Shown here piece after piece: positions 52,457 to 60,658 of a stretch of DNA of 64,000 nt. A program made the position numbers and the translations under genes. Within the stretch, counting starts at the first letter, position 1. Each line of letters begins with the position of its first letter. The DNA comes from Armatimonadota bacterium (lineage in GTDB: Bacteria > Armatimonadota > UBA5829 > DTLH01), in NCBI GenBank assembly GCA_039680575.1, contig JBDKSP010000020.1, positions 1 to 64,000 of the forward strand, written 5' to 3'. Below the pieces are notes generated by a model. It was given only the letters and a program-made list of their open reading frames with translations, ran no database searches and was not told the origin of the DNA.

Positions 52457-54049
52457 CTAAATCCTATTCATAACCGACTCATAAAACATCCTGACAGGTG
52501 CGCCGCCGAAAGAGATTGCCATCCATACTGCTTCATTGATCTCCTCCTCGCTGATCCCCATAGCCCGCGCTTTCTCGATGTGGATTTTGATGCATGGCTC
52601 ACATTTAGATAGAACAGAAAGCGAGATCGCCATAAGCTCCTTCGTTCGGAGCGAAATGGCGCCGGATGCGTTAACGGCACGCATAAAGTCACCGAACTTC
52701 TCTTCTGCTGCGGATTGCACAGCTGTTTTCGTCTCGGTTGGCGCGGCGCAGCAGTCTGCACTCGTTGGCGAGCAGCAGCAAGCTCCGTCATTTGGTTCAG
52801 ACATGTTGGTAATCTCCTTCCTCACCGGGGTGTATGCCTTGACGCTGGTTCTCAAGAAGATTCTACCTTCAGATTTTGAAACGACTTTTCCTATAACTAC
52901 CGCGTGGCTCACACCTCTCGACCTGAGCTTTTCGACCAGTGCGTCGGCTTTTACCTCAGGGATAGCTATCAAAAGCCCTCCTGATGTCTGTGGGTCGTAC
53001 AGGACATGGACTATCTCTTCCGGCACATCGTTCGACACGGATACACGGCTGGAGGCATATTCGCTGTTCCTTTCGATACCGCCGGAGATGTATCCCTGTG
53101 CAACATAGTCCAAGATTTCATCGAAAACCGGCACCAGATCCGTATATATTTCTGCTGTTACGCCGCTCTGCGATGCCATCTCGCCGAGGTGTCCGAGCAG
53201 CCCGAACCCCGTTACATCCGTAGCTGTCGTGACTCCCATCTCGATCATAACCTCGGCTGCAGTCTTATTCAGCTCGGTCATGGAATTCGCTGCAGCGGCG
53301 AGCGCAGCGCCGGATGCTTTCCCCATCTGGCCGGCAAAGCTGATGATCCCGACTCCGAGCGGTTTTGTAAGCACCAATGCGTCGCCTGGCTGCGCCTTAT
53401 CGTTTGTAACGATTTTGGACGGATTGACCATCCCCGTGACGGCATAACCGAACTTCGGGTCTTTGTCGTTGACGCTGTGTCCGCCTATGATTGCGACTCC
53501 AGCCTCTCGCATTTTATCCATTCCGCCGCGCAGCATTCGGGACATTATCTCGTGGCTCAGGGTCTCGATGGGAAAACCGATTATAGAAAGCGCGGTCATC
53601 GGCTTTCCGCCCATCGCATAGACATCGCTGAGTGAGTTTGCGGCGGCTATCTGCCCGAAAGTGTAGGGATCGTCGACACTCGGTGTAAAGACATCCACTG
53701 TCTGAACGAGCGCGGTCTCATCATCGATTCTATAGACACCAGCATCGTCGCACGTATTCGTCCCGACAAGAACGCGGGGGTCCGACACTTCCGGGAGCCC
53801 TGAAAGCACCTTTTTAAGGTCATTCTGGTTGATTTTGGAAGCGCAGCCCGCCTTCTCGACGAGTGTTGTGAGGTTAACAGCGTCAACTGTCTGATCCGGC
53901 CGTTCTCCGGCGCATGGACAGATACCCTTATTTCTAAAAGTGTCGCAAGGGCAGCCCTGTTTAGGGTTACAGATGCAGTGACCGAGCTTTATGGACCGCT
54001 GCATAACGCGGCGTCTTTTTTCGATGTCTATTTTCATATCATTACTCAT
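52457..54049 (-). CDS. selD: selenophosphate synthetase (Cys form) with N-terminal Cys-rich domain and C-terminal CMD/AhpD domain
   Basis: AGCASK, DDAGV, QTVDVFTP, ANSLSDVYAMGG, GGHS, TDVTGFGLLGH, DPQTSGGLL; C-terminal KELM…CEPCIKIH. Confidence 0.95.
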   Translation of the reverse strand: MSNDMKIDIEKRRRVMQRSIKLGHCICNPKQGCPCDTFRNKGICPCAGERPDQTVDAVNLTTLVEKAGCASKINQNDLKKVLSGLPEVSDPRVLVGTNTCDDAGVYRIDDETALVQTVDVFTPSVDDPYTFGQIAAANSLSDVYAMGGKPMTALSIIGFPIETLSHEIMSRMLRGGMDKMREAGVAIIGGHSVNDKDPKFGYAVTGMVNPSKIVTNDKAQPGDALVLTKPLGVGIISFAGQMGKASGAALAAAANSMTELNKTAAEVMIEMGVTTATDVTGFGLLGHLGEMASQSGVTAEIYTDLVPVFDEILDYVAQGYISGGIERNSEYASSRVSVSNDVPEEIVHVLYDPQTSGGLLIAIPEVKADALVEKLRSRGVSHAVVIGKVVSKSEGRIFLRTSVKAYTPVRKEITNMSEPNDGACCCSPTSADCCAAPTETKTAVQSAAEEKFGDFMRAVNASGAISLRTKELMAISLSVLSKCEPCIKIHIEKARAMGISEEEINEAVWMAISFGGAPVRMFYESVMNRI

Positions 54050-54088
54050 TTATTAAAAATCATAAGAGCTCTGAGTTGACGAACACTA

Positions 54089-54153
54089 CGTCATGCTGAG
54101 CTTGACTCAGCATCCAGGAGGAAAATGGACCCTGAATCAAGTTCAGGGTGACG
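54089..54153 (+). repeat. REP-like family A copy 3
   Basis: Near-identical to 9409-9473; lies between selA and selD. Confidence 0.9.
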
Positions 54154-54185
54154 TCTTTGTTGTTCAGGTTGGTGTGTAATTTTCA

Positions 54186-55586
54186 CTAGGAATGAACCTT
54201 TTTATTAAGAATCGCACGGAGCGCGTTTGCTACGACGCTGTCTTCGTCCGGCTGGATAGTCCTGAAATCGAATAACACAGACTCATGGTGTATACGCGCG
54301 AATATCGGAGTGTCGTTGTATCTGAGTTTTTTTGCGAGCAAGTCGGCAGACATGCTCTCAGGTTTTATGCTGAGAATCTTCGTAGGCATAGTCTCGGCAG
54401 GGACGGACCCGCTCCCGACCTGTGATCTGCCATCTATTACGGATACCTCGGCTGATATGTCTCCAAGTTTGGCTGCAACGGTCAGCGCCCGTCTTTCAAG
54501 AACATCCAGCGGGATAGACAGCATTCTGTAAGTCGGATGCCGCTCCTCCAGCCTGCCGGGTTCGAGGAACAGCTTGAGCGTAGCCTCCAGCGCCGCGACT
54601 TCCATCTTTCCTACTCTGAGAGCCCTCGCGAGCGGGTTTTTCTTGATCTTTTTGATGGTATTTTCCTTGCCGACAATAATCCCGGACTGCGGGCCGCCGA
54701 TCAACTTGTCTCCGCTGAAGCAGATTGCGTCGCATCCCGCCTTTACACTTGCCTGCACCATCGGCTCAGGCTCGAGCCCGTAATTGGCGAGGTCGATTAA
54801 GGCACCGCTCCCCAGGTCGTCGATAATCGGGATGCCATGTTCCTTCGCAATGGGCGCCATCTCTTCAATAGCAGGCTCTGCTGTGAACCCGACAATCCTG
54901 TAGTTGCTCTGATGAACATGCAGGATGGCTCCGGTGTTCTCGTTTATAGCAGAAGCATAGTCCCGAAGGTGGGTTTTGTTCGTAGTTCCGACTTCGCGCA
55001 TGATCGCGCCGCTCGCCGCCATCACATCAGGCATCCGAAACGCGCCGCCGATCTCCACCAACTGTCCTCTGGAGACGATTACTTCCTTACCGGCTGCAAT
55101 TGTGTTGAGAATCAGCATTGTGGCGGCTGCGTTGTTATTTACAATGGTAGCAGCCTCAGCCCCGGTGAGTTCGCGGAGCAGTCCGGTTACATGGACATCC
55201 CGGCTGTCTCTTTGCCCTGTCTCAATACTTGTCGCAAGTGTGCAGTAGCCTTTTATAACATCACTTACCGCTTGAGCAGCCGCCTCCGAAAGCATTGCTC
55301 TGCCTAAGCCAGTATGAAGGATAATCCCTGCTGCGTTTACTGCATGCCGGATAGACGGTCTGAACCTGGCATCGATGTATTCCAGAACCATCAAACCTAT
55401 ATTCTCAGCCGATAGGTCCATCTCCGGCTTGTCTTCAGTGATGATCCGGCTGCGCAGCGTGTCCACGACTTTCCGGCATGAGTCGGCGAGAAATTCGCGG
55501 TCATGCTTATCTAGAGCAATCTTCAGCGCTTCCGTATTCATCAATTCATCTATAGCAGGCAGTTTCCGCAGGATGTCTTTCTTCAT
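54186..55586 (-). CDS. selA: L-seryl-tRNA(Sec) selenium transferase
   Basis: NAAGIILHTGLGRA, VNNNAAA, SRGQLVEIGGAFR, EVGTTN, DLGSG, FSGDKLIGGPQ. Confidence 0.97.
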   Translation of the reverse strand: MKKDILRKLPAIDELMNTEALKIALDKHDREFLADSCRKVVDTLRSRIITEDKPEMDLSAENIGLMVLEYIDARFRPSIRHAVNAAGIILHTGLGRAMLSEAAAQAVSDVIKGYCTLATSIETGQRDSRDVHVTGLLRELTGAEAATIVNNNAAATMLILNTIAAGKEVIVSRGQLVEIGGAFRMPDVMAASGAIMREVGTTNKTHLRDYASAINENTGAILHVHQSNYRIVGFTAEPAIEEMAPIAKEHGIPIIDDLGSGALIDLANYGLEPEPMVQASVKAGCDAICFSGDKLIGGPQSGIIVGKENTIKKIKKNPLARALRVGKMEVAALEATLKLFLEPGRLEERHPTYRMLSIPLDVLERRALTVAAKLGDISAEVSVIDGRSQVGSGSVPAETMPTKILSIKPESMSADLLAKKLRYNDTPIFARIHHESVLFDFRTIQPDEDSVVANALRAILNKKVHS

Positions 55587-55621
55587 TGAATGTCCCTCAG
55601 GCTATCTCAAAATTTAAAATA

Positions 55622-55658
55622 TAAAAATGGGGGCTGACGTTTCACGTCAACCCCCATA
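55622..55658 (-). terminator. rho-independent terminator ending the three-gene unit upstream of selA
   Basis: Minus strand ATGGGGGTTGACGT-GAA-ACGTCAGCCCCCAT followed by TTTTAT. Confidence 0.75.
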
Positions 55659-55696
55659 TAATACTGAATTCAGCCCGAAATAGTTGTGATAACTCA

Positions 55697-56410
55697 CTAT
55701 CTTGTCCAGATAGTATCCTTAATCTTTACCTTGAATGGGCCGGTTTTAAGTACAGGTCGAACTGTGACACGTCCTTTTACATTTGATGGTATTCCCCCGG
55801 AATACTCACATGTGCCGCCTCACCCATACTTGAACGACCCACTCCAGACCACTTTGCCCGAGCTGTTTATGACTTGGAAGCGTGGAGGATCGGTTTCTCC
55901 ATCAGATTTTTTGATTACACATTTGTTGTTGCCCTGAGCAGTAACTACGTTGAGGTCCATATTTGCCTTGTCGCCGTGCTTGGTGACTTTTATGGACGCG
56001 ATGAAAGGCGGGCCAAAATTAAGTTTCTGAGTCTTATTCGCCGAGACATCGATCTTGCGCGTATTACCAGGCGATATAGATGCGGTCCATTCCACCTTGT
56101 TCTTGTCCTTAGCTATCACGTCGCAGTTCCAGACCTCATGGCTTCCGACGGGCAAAAGCAGTACACCATTAGTTGTAGAGTATTCGGTGATTTTCCTGCC
56201 TGAGTTGCTGAACATCGTAAGGACAGCGTTCCCATGGTAAAGGAGAGTCACTTTTCCCATCTTACCTTTGTACGTTTTGGGGTCAAAGCGACTGAATCCC
56301 AGCGTACCGCTGTTGGCTGGATAGGTGGTTATACCAATTACCACCAACGCGCACACACCAGCTATAACTGATGCCATGAATTTTCTGGAGCATTTTGGAA
56401 TTGTGGTCAT
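55697..56410 (-). CDS. putative exported selenoprotein (G-U-G-G-T-C, UxxxC), 237 aa with UGA read-through
   Basis: In-frame TGA at 55820-55822 followed by 40 more sense codons to TAG; SECIS-like hairpin at 55789-55805; next to selA. Confidence 0.75.
55789..55805 (-). promoter_or_regulatory. putative bacterial SECIS element
   Basis: GTATTCC-GGG-GGAATAC; loop 21 nt after the UGA. Confidence 0.6.
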
Positions 56411-56484
56411 TCTTCTTTTCTCACCTCCTTTCGCAGTAGCATTAATGAGTCTCAGGTATTAACCGAAACGCTATAGGCGGGATT

Positions 56485-57270
56485 CTACTTGGAGCCAAGT
56501 TTTAAATGGCCGATTGGTGTGCAGTCCAGGCACCTGATGCATTCGGTGCTGTTGATGTCTTCAACCGGATCTATATCGACCGGGCATTTTTTCGCGCATG
56601 CGCCGCAGTGGGTGCACTTGTTCATCGCAAGACGCATCCTGAAAAGGGATATTCTGTTGAAAAGCGAGAATATTGCGCCGAGCGGGCAGAACATCCTGCA
56701 GAAACCGCGGGTTACGAGTATCGTAAAGATAAAGAAGGCAGCCAGAATGGAAACCCTTACGTAAAACATAAAGTTTATAGGAGTAGTCGAGTGCAAAAAC
56801 AGCCGGCGAGGAAGAGCTGATTCCAGTGTCCCGGATGGGCAGAAATTACAGAATGAGTATGGTGCGCCTGGAAAGAAAAACGGCACGGCAAATACCAGCC
56901 CGACCAGGACCAGATACTTTGTAAACCTGAGCGGCCGGGGTATCGAGAACTTCTTAACAGGAATTTTCGATAATAAGTCCTGCAGCAGCCCAAATGGGCA
57001 GACCCATCCGCAGACCAGCCTGCCAAAGAAAGAACCGATCAGTCCGAGTATCCCTAAAGTGACGAACGGGATGATCCTGAGTGTCGAAAAGTTTACGAGC
57101 ACGCCGATAGGGCAGGCAAACATAGATAGCGGGCACGAATGGCAGTAAAGCGCCGGACCGCACATGGTCTTCAGATCAAAAAAAGGAAGACCCAGGATAA
57201 CGAGCGCGATAAGCTGGCTCAGATAGCGTAATCTTGCTAGTTGTTTAGTTCTTTTGATTATGGACCCCAT
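56485..57270 (-). CDS. membrane-bound 4Fe-4S polyferredoxin (NapH/MauN-like)
   Basis: CHSCP, CGWVCPFG, FCNFCPSG, CRMFCPLG, CTHCGACAKKCP, CIRCLDC plus TM helices. Confidence 0.88.
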   Translation of the reverse strand: MGSIIKRTKQLARLRYLSQLIALVILGLPFFDLKTMCGPALYCHSCPLSMFACPIGVLVNFSTLRIIPFVTLGILGLIGSFFGRLVCGWVCPFGLLQDLLSKIPVKKFSIPRPLRFTKYLVLVGLVFAVPFFFPGAPYSFCNFCPSGTLESALPRRLFLHSTTPINFMFYVRVSILAAFFIFTILVTRGFCRMFCPLGAIFSLFNRISLFRMRLAMNKCTHCGACAKKCPVDIDPVEDINSTECIRCLDCTPIGHLKLGSK

Positions 57271-57276
57271 AATCAA
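57254..57276 (-). promoter_or_regulatory. putative SECIS hairpin that also contains the polyferredoxin start codon
   Basis: Perfect TTGATTATGG-GGT-CCATAATCAA; loop 25 nt after the UGA at 57292. Confidence 0.6.
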
Positions 57277-57285
57277 TCCTCTCTA

Positions 57286-57576
57286 TTACAGTCAAGTAGG
57301 GCATGCTTTTCCGCCGGACTTGGACTTTCCGGCCTTTTGCTTATTTGGGGATATACTCGGTTTTTCGGCAGGAGCTTCCAGTTTTCCGTCTTTACCTCGG
57401 ATAACGTCATGGGTCAGGCTGAGTTCCGTTACGGAGAGCTCAGTTTTTGAGGATTTACTCACCTCATGTTTAACAAAAAGGGTGGAATATAAGACAAACC
57501 CAGCGAAGACAATCGCTAGGACGATAAGGAGCAAAGGGCGCGCGCTTCGATATTCATCTGTACTCTGTATGGACAT
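57286..57576 (-). CDS. putative membrane-anchored selenoprotein with C-terminal C-P-T-U-L (CxxU)
   Basis: Single TM helix, Lys/Ser/Pro-rich linker, ends TGC CCT ACT TGA CTG TAA TAG; SECIS-like hairpin downstream. Confidence 0.65.
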
Positions 57577-57641
57577 ATCTAACACCTTTTACAAAATACT
57601 GCAGTTCTTCAAGGTGAAAACGAGATCTATTTAATACAGAA

Positions 57642-57670
57642 AGTTTATTCCAACAAAGAGCGGATGTCAA
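57642..57670 (-). promoter_or_regulatory. sigma70-type promoter for the selenoprotein unit
   Basis: TTGACA-N17-TAAACT on the minus strand. Confidence 0.7.
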
Positions 57671-57715
57671 ATTAAAATACGGCATAAACCCCGTACATCT
57701 TCTTTGATCGTTAAT

Positions 57716-57744
57716 TTGACAGCAGGGTGCTGCGGGGATAGAAT
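57716..57744 (+). promoter_or_regulatory. sigma70-type promoter (divergent)
   Basis: TTGACA-N17-TAGAAT, ending 9 nt before ATG 57754. Confidence 0.7.
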
Positions 57745-57753
57745 TTGACTACG

Positions 57754-59781
57754 ATGAAAACTCCTTCCAAACCCACACATACACCTGGACTGTTCACAGC
57801 AGCGCTTGTGATCGTTGTGCTGGCTCTGGCTCCGTTCATCGGAGGCAGGGATTCGGTGATCGAGACCGCTATTTTGGCTTCGATCGCACTGATTGCTCTT
57901 GGAACGATGATTTTCAGCCGGCGGTTTAGCAACCCCATCGGTGTATGGCCGTTTGCCGTATTTGTAGGGCTTATTGCGGCATCATCCATAGTTACCGTCA
58001 GTTTCCACGCCACAATCGAACAGACTTTATACTTCGCCGCGTGTGCCGCAGCGGCGATAGCTGCATCATCGTCTCTCCGGAGCGATAAGCGGTTCATCAC
58101 TGCGCTCTTTGTGCTTACCGGAGTAGGGTTGGTGCTCGGAGCTATGGCTGTTGTAGAGTATTGGGAGTCCGGCAGCGGCTGGCGGGTGTTCGGTCCGTTT
58201 TATAACCCCGGTTACTTCGGCGGTTACCTTGTAATGGTCGTCCCCATAGCGCTTGCCGTTTTTCTCACGAGCCGGTCGGTGGCTGTAGCAGCGGGCGGCG
58301 GGCTTGCCTGGGGGTTCTCTCTCGCCGCATTGCTCCTCACCGGGACCCGTTTGGCACTTGTTTTTACTCTGTTCTCGATCATTCTTTTCTTTGTTCTTGC
58401 GATATGGTGCCGAGCAATCGGTAAAAAGCAGTTGATCCATATTGCTGTCGCAGCGCTCATCGCTTTGATAGCAATATCGTTCTGCAGATCTACTGTAGAG
58501 AGCCGTGTCGAAGGTAAAGCCGCTGCTCAGCAGTCCCATTCGTTCCCATTCAGGGTTGCGACCTGGAAAGGAACGGCGAATATAGTGCGCAAGCACCCGG
58601 TTCTGGGAACCGGCGCAGGAACATACGAGTTGGTATTCCAGAAGTATATGGTCGCGGGTTATACAAGAGTGGCTCATAACAGCTATCTCGAACTCGCCGC
58701 TGATACAGGGGTTCCCGCGCTTGCTGCAGGTGCGGTGGCGTTCGGCGTATTGTTCCTTACCGGTCTCAAAAACCTGCGCCGTGAGGATGACGAAGGTGGC
58801 AAATCCGAGCTTCTTCTGCCGCGGGGAGCAACGCTTATGGCGTGCGCTCTGGCGGCGGCGCTTGTCGGGGCGCTCGCCCGAAACATGTTCGATTCGGATA
58901 TTTACAACCCCGGAATAGGGTTCACTTTCTGGACATTGGCTGGAATACTCGCAGCCCGCGCCCCTGTTATAAAGGAAGCCAAACCATCGGCGGCGGCTCG
59001 TGTCGGGATATCCATTTTGATTGGCGCGATGATCGTCGTGTGGTCGCTTTTTGCAATGGCTAAAAGTTCGGCTGAAACGGCGGTTTTTCTGCTTCAAAAC
59101 GACGATCAACCGGGTGGTATCGAGCATCTCCGCACTGCAGTTGATTATGACCCGCTCTGCGGCGAGTACCGTATGCGGCTTGGGCAATCGCTTGTTTATG
59201 TTTCAGATGGTGATGAAGCCCAGTGGAAAGAAGGGGTTGCATCGCTTAATAAGGCTATCAGGCTGGAACCGACAAGAGCGCGGAATATGATCGCACTTGC
59301 CAGGATTTTGCGCGCAAATGGCGACGATAACGGCGCAATCCGTATGTTCGGAAAGGCGCTTATTGCGGACCCGCATGCCACACCGGCTATGGTGGCAATG
59401 GCAGACATTTGGATAAAATCGAAAAAGACACAGCTTGAGGCAGAGTTGATGTACGAGCGGCTAATAGATCAGGAAAAAAGCCCGGTCGAAGAACTCCGAG
59501 GCGTACCGGAGATTGTCAACCCGGACTATGTCTGGGCGCATTTCTATTTTGGATCGAAATATTTCTCTGAAAAAAACTGGAACGATGCAGCTAAGCAGTT
59601 CAACGCAGTGATCGAAAGGCTTGAGCTCAGAAAATCGTTCACAGTCCAGCGGCAGGCAGCAGAGGCATCAGGGATGTTCGATCCAGAAGAGGAATATGCG
59701 CTCGATGACGTGTTGCAGCGTTCAAAAGGCGGGCTTGCCAAGGCAAAAGCGAATGAAGTGAGGGCAGACGATGCCCGCTAA
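57754..59781 (+). CDS. O-antigen ligase family membrane protein with C-terminal TPRs
   Basis: GPFYNPGYFGG, LTGTR, R…W…HPVLGTGAGTY, AHNSYL; TPR-like C-terminus. Confidence 0.88.
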   Translation: MKTPSKPTHTPGLFTAALVIVVLALAPFIGGRDSVIETAILASIALIALGTMIFSRRFSNPIGVWPFAVFVGLIAASSIVTVSFHATIEQTLYFAACAAAAIAASSSLRSDKRFITALFVLTGVGLVLGAMAVVEYWESGSGWRVFGPFYNPGYFGGYLVMVVPIALAVFLTSRSVAVAAGGGLAWGFSLAALLLTGTRLALVFTLFSIILFFVLAIWCRAIGKKQLIHIAVAALIALIAISFCRSTVESRVEGKAAAQQSHSFPFRVATWKGTANIVRKHPVLGTGAGTYELVFQKYMVAGYTRVAHNSYLELAADTGVPALAAGAVAFGVLFLTGLKNLRREDDEGGKSELLLPRGATLMACALAAALVGALARNMFDSDIYNPGIGFTFWTLAGILAARAPVIKEAKPSAAARVGISILIGAMIVVWSLFAMAKSSAETAVFLLQNDDQPGGIEHLRTAVDYDPLCGEYRMRLGQSLVYVSDGDEAQWKEGVASLNKAIRLEPTRARNMIALARILRANGDDNGAIRMFGKALIADPHATPAMVAMADIWIKSKKTQLEAELMYERLIDQEKSPVEELRGVPEIVNPDYVWAHFYFGSKYFSEKNWNDAAKQFNAVIERLELRKSFTVQRQAAEASGMFDPEEEYALDDVLQRSKGGLAKAKANEVRADDAR

Positions 59782-60658
59782 TGGGATCATTGTGCATTGC
59801 CGGGCCAAAATCAACCTGACGCTCGATATTCTTGACAAAAGACAGGACGGATACCACAACTTAAAGAGCGTTATGCAGTCCGTCGATATTGCGGACACGC
59901 TGCACATCAAAAAAAACGCCACTGGCTCTATCAAAATCACGACAAGCCTGCCAGATCTCCCAACAGGCACCGAAAATACCGTGTATTCCGCATCCGAGCT
60001 CTTCTTTTCGGCTGCAGGGATAGACAGCGGTATCTCGATATTCATCGAAAAGCGTATTCCTCATCAGGCAGGAATGGGTGGAGGGTCGAGTGACGCCGCT
60101 GGAGCGCTTTTGGGGCTCAACAAGCTGTTCGGTTCCCATCTTTCCATAAATAGACTGACCGATCTTGCCTCTCAGATAGGGTCGGATGTCCCGTATTTTC
60201 TGTATGGAGGAACCGCCGTAATAAGCGGGCGGGGGGAGATCGTAGAAAAACTACCCGATGTGCCTAAGCTCGACCTGGTGATCGTAAAACCAGACGTTGG
60301 TGTTTCGACTGCCTGGGCATACAAGCGGTTGGCCGAAACGGACCGGCTGAAATCATCGGCTGCTACCGATGCTGTGGTCGATGCGATAAAGAGGGGAGAC
60401 CGAGCGGCAGTCATAATCAATATGTCGAATGATTTTGATGATATTGTAGCTCTTGAGTTTTCGGAGATTGCCGAGATCAAAAACAGGCTTTATTCGCTTG
60501 GCGCAGAGCGGGCGATGCTCTCAGGAAGCGGCGCAGCGGTTTTTAGTGTGTTCGATAGCTCGAATTCGGCTGCCAATGCTGCTCGTATAATGAAACCGGA
60601 TTATCCTTTTGTTGTGGCGACTGCCACCGCGACGGAAGCTGTTTGTATGGAGATGTAA
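59771..60658 (+). CDS. ispE: 4-diphosphocytidyl-2-C-methyl-D-erythritol kinase
   Basis: AKINLTL, DGYH, KRIPHQAGMGGGSSDAA, IGSDVP, LSGSG. Confidence 0.96.
   Translation: MPANGIIVHCRAKINLTLDILDKRQDGYHNLKSVMQSVDIADTLHIKKNATGSIKITTSLPDLPTGTENTVYSASELFFSAAGIDSGISIFIEKRIPHQAGMGGGSSDAAGALLGLNKLFGSHLSINRLTDLASQIGSDVPYFLYGGTAVISGRGEIVEKLPDVPKLDLVIVKPDVGVSTAWAYKRLAETDRLKSSAATDAVVDAIKRGDRAAVIINMSNDFDDIVALEFSEIAEIKNRLYSLGAERAMLSGSGAAVFSVFDSSNSAANAARIMKPDYPFVVATATATEAVCMEM

Noticed and set aside
53838..53852. Possible Sec in the SelD active site
   Set aside because: The codon is TGC (AGCASK); this SelD is the Cys form.
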